Positions 22,210-29,955 of a stretch of DNA of 32,000 bases are shown in pieces. This DNA is from Anaerolineales bacterium (lineage in GTDB: Bacteria > Chloroflexota > Anaerolineae > Anaerolineales > Villigracilaceae). The notes beneath the pieces were generated by a model. It did not search any database, was not told where the DNA came from, and saw only the letters and a list, made by a program, of their open reading frames with translations. Position 1 is the stretch's first letter, and each line of letters opens with the position of its first letter. The stretch is taken from NCBI GenBank assembly GCA_019187665.1, contig JABARH010000003.1, positions 222,982-254,981 of the forward strand. Reading direction: 5' to 3'. A program made the position numbers and the translations under genes.

Positions 22210-23607
22210 ATGTGGCGCCAATACATCACTGTCACCGCTGTTGAAGAAGCCGTCCGCATTCTGGGCGAAAAAGGGGAACGCGCCCGCATCGTGGCCGGAG
22301 CCACCGACCTGATCCTCGAACTGGAACGCGGGGTTCGCCGCGGCGTGGACACGCTGATTGATATCACGCGCGTCCCCGAACTCGACCGCATCCGCCTGGA
22401 CGAGGCTGGGACACTCCATCTCGGTCCGCTCGTGACGCACAACAACGCAGCCGCCTCTCCCCTCCTCCGCAGCCGCGCCTTCCCCCTGGCGCGCGCCGCG
22501 TGGGAAGTGGGCGCGCCGCAGATCCGCAACCGGGCCACCATCGCGGGCAACCTGATCACCGCCTCGCCTGCCAACGACACCATCACCCCGCTCATGGCGC
22601 TCGACGCCAGCGTGACCCTGCTCTCCGCGCGCGGCGCGCGCAGCCTGCCATTGCGCGAGTTTTACACCGGCGTCCGAAAGACCGTCATGCAAGCCGATGA
22701 AATACTCGTGGATATTTCCTTCCCTGCCCTGAAAGAGACACAGCACGGGACGTTCATCAAAATGGCGCTGCGGCGCGCGCAGGCCATCTCCATCGTCAAC
22801 GCTGCGGTCATTCTGGATATACGGGCGGATACTGTCCATTCGGCTGCAATCACCCTCGGAGCGGTCGCGCCCACCATCCTTCACGCGCTCGAAGCGGAAA
22901 AATGGCTGGCGGGCAAGGACCTCAGCGAGGAGGCCATCGCCGAAGCGGCGCGACTCGCCATGCAGGCCAGCCGTCCCATAGACGATATCCGCGCCTCCGC
23001 CGCGTATCGCCGCGAGCTGGTGCGCGTCAGCGTCCTGCGCGCCCTGCAACGCCTGCGCGATGGAACAGAACGAAACGACATGCCGGAGCAGCCGATAGTG
23101 CTGGGACAAATCGCTCCAGGATTGGGAATTCAGAATTCAGAATTCCCAATGATGCCGATCGAAACCAGCGTCAACGGCAGGAAAATGACATTTGCGACCG
23201 GCCACGAAAAAACATTATTACGCCTATTACGCGAAGATGGTTTATTAACCGGCACGAAAGAGGGCTGCGCCGAGGGGGAATGCGGCGCATGCACCGTTTT
23301 CCTCGACGGCCAGGCGGTGATGGCGTGCCTCGTCCCCGCGCCGCGCGCACATGGCGCGGAGATTGTCACCGTCGAAGGACTCGCAGCGGACGGGCAATTA
23401 CATCCTGTGCAGGAAGCCTTCATCCGGCATGGCGCGGTTCAGTGCGGATACTGCACGCCGGGCTTTATCATGTCTGGCGCAAAATTGCTGGAGGAGAGGC
23501 CGCACCCCACACAGAATGAGATCCAACAGGCATTCAGCGGCAACCTATGTCGCTGCACCGGTTACTACAAAATCATCGAGGCCGTCGAATCGGCCGGCAG
23601 GAGTTGA
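22210..23607 (+). CDS. Fused FAD-binding (CoxM/XdhB-like) and [2Fe-2S] (CoxS/XdhC-small-like) subunit of a xanthine-dehydrogenase-family molybdenum hydroxylase
   Basis: The N-terminal ~290 aa show the FAD_binding_5 pattern (ARIVAGATDLILELERG, IRNRATIAGNL, ASAAYRREL). The C-terminal 150 aa carry both 2Fe-2S motifs (CAEGECGACTV and QCGYCTPG...CRCTGY). One uninterrupted frame joins them through a ~25-aa linker. Confidence 0.9.
   Translation: MWRQYITVTAVEEAVRILGEKGERARIVAGATDLILELERGVRRGVDTLIDITRVPELDRIRLDEAGTLHLGPLVTHNNAAASPLLRSRAFPLARAAWEVGAPQIRNRATIAGNLITASPANDTITPLMALDASVTLLSARGARSLPLREFYTGVRKTVMQADEILVDISFPALKETQHGTFIKMALRRAQAISIVNAAVILDIRADTVHSAAITLGAVAPTILHALEAEKWLAGKDLSEEAIAEAARLAMQASRPIDDIRASAAYRRELVRVSVLRALQRLRDGTERNDMPEQPIVLGQIAPGLGIQNSEFPMMPIETSVNGRKMTFATGHEKTLLRLLREDGLLTGTKEGCAEGECGACTVFLDGQAVMACLVPAPRAHGAEIVTVEGLAADGQLHPVQEAFIRHGAVQCGYCTPGFIMSGAKLLEERPHPTQNEIQQAFSGNLCRCTGYYKIIEAVESAGRS
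23122..23149. repeat. 28-nt near-palindrome with three tandem GAATTC-containing heptamers in the interdomain linker
   Basis: TTGGGAATTCAGAATTCAGAATTCCCAA has three units (GAATTCA GAATTCA GAATTCC) flanked by the 10-bp perfect inverted repeat TTGGGAATTC/GAATTCCCAA. An in-frame ATGATG begins within its last base (23149-23154). Confidence 0.9.
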
Positions 23608-23609
23608 CC

Positions 23610-24032
23610 ATGTCAAAATACGGCAATGTGCGAACGGCCACCCCGCCCAAAAGCCGCCGCGAACCACATCCCGTCTGGCGGGGAATCGGTTGTTTTATGA
23701 TGCTTTTTCTCCCCGTGATCTCGTATGCCATCAGCATGTTAACGGTGGACGAGGCCATCCGGCAGGGTATCCGCCTGCCAGAGGGACTGGTCAGGAATCC
23801 GGTGATGCCGGAGATCCTGTTCATGGTACCGGGATTGGTGGACCTGTTGTATTGGATCCAGGCGCAGACTAATTTGTACGCGTATCTGCTGGTGACTTTC
23901 TTTATCCTCATTTTTCTCGGCGGCATCTTCAGCTTCATTTACGCGTTGATCTATCGCGTTGTCGGCCCCCCCGCCTACTCCGAGTTCGACGCTCCGCCGC
24001 CGAAGGTTAAAGTTAAAAAATATCGAAGATAA
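23610..24032 (+). CDS. Small two-TM membrane protein embedded in the molybdenum hydroxylase operon
   Basis: The ATG at 23610 follows GGCAGGAG and lies 2 nt after the upstream stop. There are two hydrophobic helices (GIGCFMMLFLPVISYAISMLTV and AYLLVTFFILIFLGGIFSFIYALIY) and a basic tail (KVKVKKYRR). The next gene starts 4 nt after its stop. Confidence 0.7.
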   Translation: MSKYGNVRTATPPKSRREPHPVWRGIGCFMMLFLPVISYAISMLTVDEAIRQGIRLPEGLVRNPVMPEILFMVPGLVDLLYWIQAQTNLYAYLLVTFFILIFLGGIFSFIYALIYRVVGPPAYSEFDAPPPKVKVKKYRR

Positions 24033-24036
24033 CCGC

Positions 24037-26226
24037 ATGGCTGAAATTTCGATCGGTAAATCGCTGCCGCGCATAGATGCGCGCGATAAAGTGACCGGAC
24101 AGGCGCTCTATTCGGGCGACCTCGCCGCCCCCGGCCTCCTGCACATGCAAATACTCTTCGCGGGACGGCCCCACGCGCGCATTGCGCGCATTGACGCGCA
24201 GGCTGCCGAATCCGCACCGGATGTAGTGGCTGTTTTCACGTCGAAGGATGTGCCGGTAAACGAGCGCGGACTCCAGATCCAGGACCAGCCCGTGCTGTGC
24301 GGACCGGGGCCGACTCCCCCGCAGGGGGTCGCGACCGATATCGTGCGTTTCGAAGGGGATCAGGTCGCGGCCATCGTCGCCCGGTCTGAAGCGGCTGCGG
24401 CCGCGGCTTTGAAGTTGATTCAAGTGGAATACGAGGATCTGCCCGGCGTATTCGATCCGGTGGATGGAATGCAGCCCGCCGCGGCGCAGTTGCATCCCGA
24501 ACGCGGCGACTCGAACGTCTGCGTGCATTACAAGATTCGCAAAGGGGATGTGGAAGACGGTTTCGCCGGGGCGGATGTGATCATTGAGGGCGAATACAAA
24601 ACCCCCTATCAGGAACACGCCTACCTCCAGCCGGAAGCGGGCATGGCATACATTGACGAAGAGGGACGCGTAACCGTCGTCGCGGGCGGGCAATGGCCTC
24701 ACACTGACGTGCGCGAGATCGCGCATTGCCTCGGCCTGCCGCAGGAACAGGTGCGCGTGATCTATCCGGCCATCGGCGGCGCATTTGGCGGGCGCGAAGA
24801 TATGTCCGTGCAGATCGTTCTGGCGTTGGCGGCCTGGAAATTAAAGCGCCCGGTGCGCATCATCTGGTCGCGGCGCGAGTCGATCATCGGTCACGGCAAA
24901 CGTCACCCATCCACGCTCAAAGCAAAATGGGGCGCGACGAAAGACGGCATGCTGGTCGCCGCCGAAGTGGAAATGATCGCCGACGGCGGCGCGTATATGT
25001 ACACTTCCAACAAAGTGCTGGGAAATTCGGCCATCACCTGCACGGGACCGTATTTCATCCCGAATGTTAAAGCGGATATTTACGGCGTGTACACCAACAA
25101 CGTCCCGACCGCCGCCTTTCGCGGATTCGGCGCGCCGCAGGCGTTGTTCATGGCCGAATCGCAGATGAACAAACTCGCGGAAAAGCTCGGCATGGACCCG
25201 GTTGAGTTGCGCCTGAAGAACGCGCTGAAAGAAGGCGACCTGCTCAACGTTGGCACCCCCGTCCCGCTGCCGGTCACCAGCTCCAAAGTCATGAAAGAAG
25301 CGGCAAAGAAATTCGGCTGGGACAAGCCCGCATCGAATCGTTCACCATCCATACTGCGGCGCGGGCGCGGCTTCGCGGCCGGTTTCAAAAATATCGGATT
25401 CAGTTTTGGTTATCAGGAAAATTGCTGGGCAAAGGTTGAAATTCACGGCAATGGGAAAATCGAAAAAGTGATCGTGTATCACGCGGGCGCGGAGGTGGGA
25501 CAGGGCGCGCACACCGTCATGGCGCAAATGGCCGCCCACGCATTGGGCGTCGGCGCGGACAAAATAGAAATGCACACGATGGACACCGCCATCACCGGCG
25601 ATTCCGGCTCGGTCTCTGCCTCGCGCATGACATTCATGGCGGGCAATTCGATCAAGGGCGCGGCCGAGGCGGCGCTGAAAAAATGGCAGGCCGAGGAACG
25701 TCCCGCCATCGCCGAATACAAATATTTTGCGCCGGGCACGACTCCCTTTGAAAAAGAAACCGGGCGTTCGATGCCCAACTTTGCTTATGCCTATGTCGCG
25801 CAAGCCGTGGAAGTGGAAGTGGATACCGAAACCGGCCACGTGCGCGTGATCCGCATCACCTCCGCGGACGATGTGGGCAAGGCGATCAACCCCGCCCTCG
25901 TGCAGGGACAGATCGAGGGTGCGATTGTGCAGGCACAGGGCCACACCATTCTCGAAGATATGAAAGTGAGGAATGGAAAAATCCTGACCGACCAATTCAG
26001 CACGTATCTCATCCCGACCATTCACGACATTCCCGAAAAAGTGGAATCGGTCATTGTCGAAGAGCCGGATCCCAACGGGCCCTGGGGCGCGCGCGGCGTG
26101 GGCGAACCGCCCTTCCTGACGGTCGCGCCGGCCATCATCGCCGCCGTCCACGACGCGACCGGCATATGGCTGGACGAATTCCCCATCACACCGGAGCGCG
26201 TACTGCGCGCGCTTGGAAAAATTTAA
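24037..26226 (+). CDS. Molybdopterin-binding large subunit of a xanthine dehydrogenase/aldehyde oxidase-family hydroxylase
   Basis: Starts at the ATG at 24037 (MAEISIGKSLPRIDARDKVTGQALY). It has AAFRGFGAPQ (the XDH-type active-site motif, not the CODH VAYRCSFR loop), GGAFGGRED, and C-terminal RGVGEPP with the catalytic Glu. Confidence 0.92.
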   Translation: MAEISIGKSLPRIDARDKVTGQALYSGDLAAPGLLHMQILFAGRPHARIARIDAQAAESAPDVVAVFTSKDVPVNERGLQIQDQPVLCGPGPTPPQGVATDIVRFEGDQVAAIVARSEAAAAAALKLIQVEYEDLPGVFDPVDGMQPAAAQLHPERGDSNVCVHYKIRKGDVEDGFAGADVIIEGEYKTPYQEHAYLQPEAGMAYIDEEGRVTVVAGGQWPHTDVREIAHCLGLPQEQVRVIYPAIGGAFGGREDMSVQIVLALAAWKLKRPVRIIWSRRESIIGHGKRHPSTLKAKWGATKDGMLVAAEVEMIADGGAYMYTSNKVLGNSAITCTGPYFIPNVKADIYGVYTNNVPTAAFRGFGAPQALFMAESQMNKLAEKLGMDPVELRLKNALKEGDLLNVGTPVPLPVTSSKVMKEAAKKFGWDKPASNRSPSILRRGRGFAAGFKNIGFSFGYQENCWAKVEIHGNGKIEKVIVYHAGAEVGQGAHTVMAQMAAHALGVGADKIEMHTMDTAITGDSGSVSASRMTFMAGNSIKGAAEAALKKWQAEERPAIAEYKYFAPGTTPFEKETGRSMPNFAYAYVAQAVEVEVDTETGHVRVIRITSADDVGKAINPALVQGQIEGAIVQAQGHTILEDMKVRNGKILTDQFSTYLIPTIHDIPEKVESVIVEEPDPNGPWGARGVGEPPFLTVAPAIIAAVHDATGIWLDEFPITPERVLRALGKI

Positions 26227-26299
26227 GACCCCCAATGAACGCGCGGAGCGCGTATGTTATCTCGCAGATCTTCGTTTTAGGATTCCCGCCAGAAAAAAA

Positions 26300-27193
26300 A
26301 TGTCCTTCCCCTATCTTTCCGAAACCGAAGACCTGACAGACGCCATCCGCTCCAAGGCGGATGGTTCATTCATCCGCCTGGCGGATGGCATGTGCCACTA
26401 CGAGCTCTCGCCTCTCCCTTCGACCGGGAACGATGCAAAAGCCACCGTTGTTCTCGTTCACGGGTTTTCCGTCCCCTGCTTTATCTGGGACCCCACTTTC
26501 GACTTCCTCGTTCGGTCCGGCTTCCGCGTCCTGCGTTATGACCTGTTCGGGCGCGGCTACTCGGATCGTCCGCGAACAAACTACGGCGTCGAACTCTACC
26601 TCCGCCAGTTATGCGGCCTGCTCGACGCGCTCGACCTGCGCCAACCGATCCATCTCGCCGGACTTTCAATGGGCGGAGTCGTCTCCGTCGCGTTCACTGA
26701 GCGTTTCCCCGAGCGCGTCTCAAAATTGATCCTCGTAGATCCTGCCGGGGCAAAGCCCATCGCCCGCACGCCGCTCCTCAAATTGATTCAGACTCCCATC
26801 CTCGGCGAACTGACGCTCGGCCTGGGAGGCGACAACTTCCTGCTCAACAGCATGGCCGCCGACTTCTTCGACCCGGACCTGATCCAGCATTTCATCGGAC
26901 GCTACAAACCGCAGATGAAGATCAAAGGCTTTAAGCGCGCGCTCCTCTCCACGATCCGCAACAACCTGCTCGGCGATTTCTCCGAAACCTATCGCCGCGT
27001 GGGAACGCTGAACACGCCGACGCTCCTTTTTTGGGGCCGTAATGACGCGACCGTTCCCTTCGCGCATAGCGCGCTGGTCACAGAATTCATCCCGCGCGCG
27101 GAACTGCACGTCATCGAAAATACCGGCCACATCCCGCACTACGAAGCGCCCGGCGAAGTCAACCCGCTTTTGTTAGAATTCATACTCAGATGA
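26300..27193 (+). CDS. Alpha/beta-fold hydrolase
   Basis: HGFSVP (oxyanion region), the GLSMGG nucleophile elbow, and C-terminal GHIPHYE with the catalytic His. The ATG at 26300 is preferred over the listed earlier start, which overlaps the large subunit. Confidence 0.85.
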   Translation: MSFPYLSETEDLTDAIRSKADGSFIRLADGMCHYELSPLPSTGNDAKATVVLVHGFSVPCFIWDPTFDFLVRSGFRVLRYDLFGRGYSDRPRTNYGVELYLRQLCGLLDALDLRQPIHLAGLSMGGVVSVAFTERFPERVSKLILVDPAGAKPIARTPLLKLIQTPILGELTLGLGGDNFLLNSMAADFFDPDLIQHFIGRYKPQMKIKGFKRALLSTIRNNLLGDFSETYRRVGTLNTPTLLFWGRNDATVPFAHSALVTEFIPRAELHVIENTGHIPHYEAPGEVNPLLLEFILR

Positions 27194-27687
27194 ACAAACA
27201 AAATATTCAACTTCTCTTTCATTACAACTCCTGGGCAAACGAACGCATCTTGCGCGCCGCCGAGCGGGTGACCGCCGCACAATTTATCGCGCCCTCCGAT
27301 TTCCCGCATGGCGGGTTGCGCGGCGCCCTCGTCCACACACTATTCGCGGAATGGCTCTGGCGCAGACGCTGTGAAGGCGTCTCCCCCACAGAGCGGCTCA
27401 AAGACGAAGATTTTCCGACCCTCGCCGTTCTACGCGACCGCTGGAAACAGGAAGAAACGAAACTCAACCTCTTCATCGAATCCCTCACCGACTCCCAATT
27501 GAACAGCCCGCTGGAATACAAAAACACACAAGGTGTCGCCATGCGCGAGCCGCTCATGTGGACCCTCCTCGCGCACCTTGTCAATCACGGCACGCAACAT
27601 CGCGGCGAGGCGGCGGCCATACTCACCCAGCTCGGTCACTCCCCCGGCGACATTGACTTGATCATTTTCCTGCGCGAACAAAAATAG
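27190..27687 (+). CDS. DinB-family (DinB/YfiT-like four-helix) protein
   Basis: LFHYNSWANERIL and HLVNHGTQHRGE are DinB-family motifs with the His triad. The start overlaps the hydrolase stop (ATGA). Confidence 0.8.
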   Translation: MNKQNIQLLFHYNSWANERILRAAERVTAAQFIAPSDFPHGGLRGALVHTLFAEWLWRRRCEGVSPTERLKDEDFPTLAVLRDRWKQEETKLNLFIESLTDSQLNSPLEYKNTQGVAMREPLMWTLLAHLVNHGTQHRGEAAAILTQLGHSPGDIDLIIFLREQK

Positions 27688-27709
27688 CGAACAGGCCGTT
27701 TAACCCGCC

Positions 27710-28411
27710 ATGAAAAAGATTTTCGATTCCATCCACTCCGTCCGCTATCGCCTCTTCCTGTTCTTCCTGCTCGGCGGCGCAACCGTCGTCTCTGTCGCGC
27801 TCTATCGCTTTCGCGGAGCATGGTACAACGAAACCGGCTACTCCTTCCTCGTCTGGAATCTCTTCCTCGCCTGGATTCCCCTCGGCTTCGCCTACGCCGC
27901 CTGGGTCATGGCATGGAACCGCCGCCTGCTCTTTCTCGCCATCACCGTCACAGCCTTCCTCTGGCTGATCTTCTTCCCCAACGCGCCCTACATCCTGACC
28001 GACTTCCAACACCTCGGCAACCCCAGCGAGATCGTCCCCATCTGGTTCGACGTGATCCTCGTCGTCTGGTTCGCATGGACCGGACTCCTGCTCGGCGTCA
28101 TCTCGCTCTACCTCATGCACGACGTTGTCCATCGCGCCTTTGGACGCGCCGCGGGCTGGCTCTTCGTCTGCCTCGTTTCCTTCCTCAGCGGCATCGGCAT
28201 TTACATCGGGCGTTTCATTCGCTGGAACTCATGGGATATCCTCCAGCAACCCAACGATATTTTCTACGGCTTCGTCCAGGGCGTCAGCAATCCCAGCCTG
28301 CGCTCCATCGGCGTCACCGCGTTATTCGGGGCGTTCTTCCTCTTTGTCTACCTGACGTTCTACACCTTCGGACATCTCCTGCGCGACGATCACAACCGGC
28401 GGGAAGCATGA
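27710..28411 (+). CDS. DUF1361-family integral membrane protein
   Basis: LVWNLFLAWIPL, FFPNAPYILTDFQHL and RWNSWD match the DUF1361 pattern from memory. It has about 6 TM helices. Confidence 0.7.
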   Translation: MKKIFDSIHSVRYRLFLFFLLGGATVVSVALYRFRGAWYNETGYSFLVWNLFLAWIPLGFAYAAWVMAWNRRLLFLAITVTAFLWLIFFPNAPYILTDFQHLGNPSEIVPIWFDVILVVWFAWTGLLLGVISLYLMHDVVHRAFGRAAGWLFVCLVSFLSGIGIYIGRFIRWNSWDILQQPNDIFYGFVQGVSNPSLRSIGVTALFGAFFLFVYLTFYTFGHLLRDDHNRREA

Positions 28412-29211
28412 CACGCCGCCTCATCCTCCTGCGCGGCGGCGGCGACCTCGCCAGCGGAGTCGCCCTGCGGCTTTTCCACGCCGGCTTCGAGGTCGTCATC
28501 GCCGAACTGCCGCAACCGCTCGCCGTGCGCAGACTCGTCTCGTTCTCCGAAGCAGTCTACGAGGGGCAGATCACCGTCGAGGATGTAACCGCCCGGCATG
28601 TCACGCCGGAACGAATCGAGGCGGCGCTCTCCCACCGCGAGATTCCCGTCATCGTGGATCCCGAAGCGGACACACTGCGCGACCGGCAATACGACATCGT
28701 CATTGACGCGCGCCTGCTCAAAACGCCTCCCCAACCGCTCCCACTCTCCATTCCGCTTCTCATTGGACTCGGACCCGGCTTCACCGCACCCAACGACTGC
28801 CACGCCGTCATCGAAACCCAGCGCGGACATTATCTCGGGCGCGTCTATTGGAGCGGCTCCGCCGCGCCAAACACACAGACACCGGAAGGCGATCCGCGCC
28901 GGGTCTTGCGTGCAAACACGGATGGCATCTTTTTCACGCGCGCAACTTTGGGCAAACACGTTGAGCCAGATCAATTGATCGCCGAGATCCAACCGGAAAA
29001 TGAAACGATAAAATTCGGAATTACATCTTCTTTCCCCGGCGTCCTGCGCGGACTGCTCCGCGACGGTATGCCAGTGACGCGCGGACTCAAGATCGGCGAC
29101 GTGGACCCGCGCGACAACCCCGACTATTGCAGGCTGGTCTCAGACAAAGCGCTGGCAGTCGCAGGCGGCGTGATCGAAGCCATCCTGTTGCACCAAAGCC
29201 GGGAACGATAA
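28408..29211 (+). CDS. yqeB: YqeB-family selenium-dependent molybdenum hydroxylase maturation protein
   Basis: The ATG at 28408 overlaps the DUF1361 stop (ATGA). LLRGGGDLASGVALRLFHAGFEVVIAELPQPLAVRRLVSFSEAVYEG matches the YqeB N-terminal pattern (GAGDIASGVA-x-RL...VRR-x-VSF). The listed 463-aa ORF upstream is an out-of-frame overlap. Confidence 0.8.
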   Translation: MTRRLILLRGGGDLASGVALRLFHAGFEVVIAELPQPLAVRRLVSFSEAVYEGQITVEDVTARHVTPERIEAALSHREIPVIVDPEADTLRDRQYDIVIDARLLKTPPQPLPLSIPLLIGLGPGFTAPNDCHAVIETQRGHYLGRVYWSGSAAPNTQTPEGDPRRVLRANTDGIFFTRATLGKHVEPDQLIAEIQPENETIKFGITSSFPGVLRGLLRDGMPVTRGLKIGDVDPRDNPDYCRLVSDKALAVAGGVIEAILLHQSRER

Positions 29212-29225
29212 ACGTCACGCACACC

Positions 29226-29936
29226 ATGCCCCTCATCCCTGCCCTGATTTTATTTCTCGGCGCGTTCACCCAAAGCATGACCGGCTTCGGGAGCGCTTTG
29301 GTCGCCATGTCCATCCTGCCTTCCCTGCTGGGGCTGGACATTGCCGCGCCGCTCGTTGCCGCAACGGGATTAATTCTCGAAATCATGCTGATCCTGCGCT
29401 ATCGTCAGTCTCTGCGCCTGGACGCCATCTGGCGCGCGCTGGCCGCCTCGCTCGCCGCCGCGCCGCTCGGCGTGCTGGCGGTTCGCCACATTAACGAACG
29501 CGCCGCGCTGTTCCTGCTCGGCTTGCTCCTCGTCGCGTACAGTCTCTACGCCCTCAGCGGCATCCGCCTGCCCGCCCTCACGCATCCGCTCTGGGCGTGG
29601 GCCACCGGCCTGCTCAGCGGACTGCTCGGCGGCGCGTACAACACAGCCGGCCCGCCGATCGTGGTTTACGGAAACTGCCGCGGCTGGGACGCGGCGCAAT
29701 TTAAGAGCAACCTGTCCGGCTTCTTCATCATCAACAGCCTATTCGTCACAACCAGCCACGCCGTGAACGGAAACTTCACATCGGAAGTAATGCGCCTCTT
29801 TCTGCTGTGCATCCCGGCCACCGCGCTTGGATTCATCGTCGGGCAATCCATGGACCGCTGGCTCGACCCGCAGCGTTTTCGCAAAATCGTGCTGGTCTTG
29901 CTGATCGCCCTCGGCGCCAGATTGATGCTCGGATAA
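29226..29936 (+). CDS. TauE/SafE (DUF81) family anion transporter
   Basis: Starts at the ATG at 29226. It has about 7-8 TM helices, FTQSMTGFGSALV near the N-terminus and GLLGGAYNTAGPPIV in the second half, as in TauE/SafE permeases. Confidence 0.8.
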   Translation: MPLIPALILFLGAFTQSMTGFGSALVAMSILPSLLGLDIAAPLVAATGLILEIMLILRYRQSLRLDAIWRALAASLAAAPLGVLAVRHINERAALFLLGLLLVAYSLYALSGIRLPALTHPLWAWATGLLSGLLGGAYNTAGPPIVVYGNCRGWDAAQFKSNLSGFFIINSLFVTTSHAVNGNFTSEVMRLFLLCIPATALGFIVGQSMDRWLDPQRFRKIVLVLLIALGARLMLG

Positions 29937-29955
29937 CCCGGAGTACAATCCACGC

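Noticed and set aside
27820-28407. N-terminal part of the listed 463-aa ORF
   Set aside because: It overlaps the DUF1361 membrane protein out of frame and is Arg/Pro/Leu-rich. The YqeB homology begins at the ATG at 28408.
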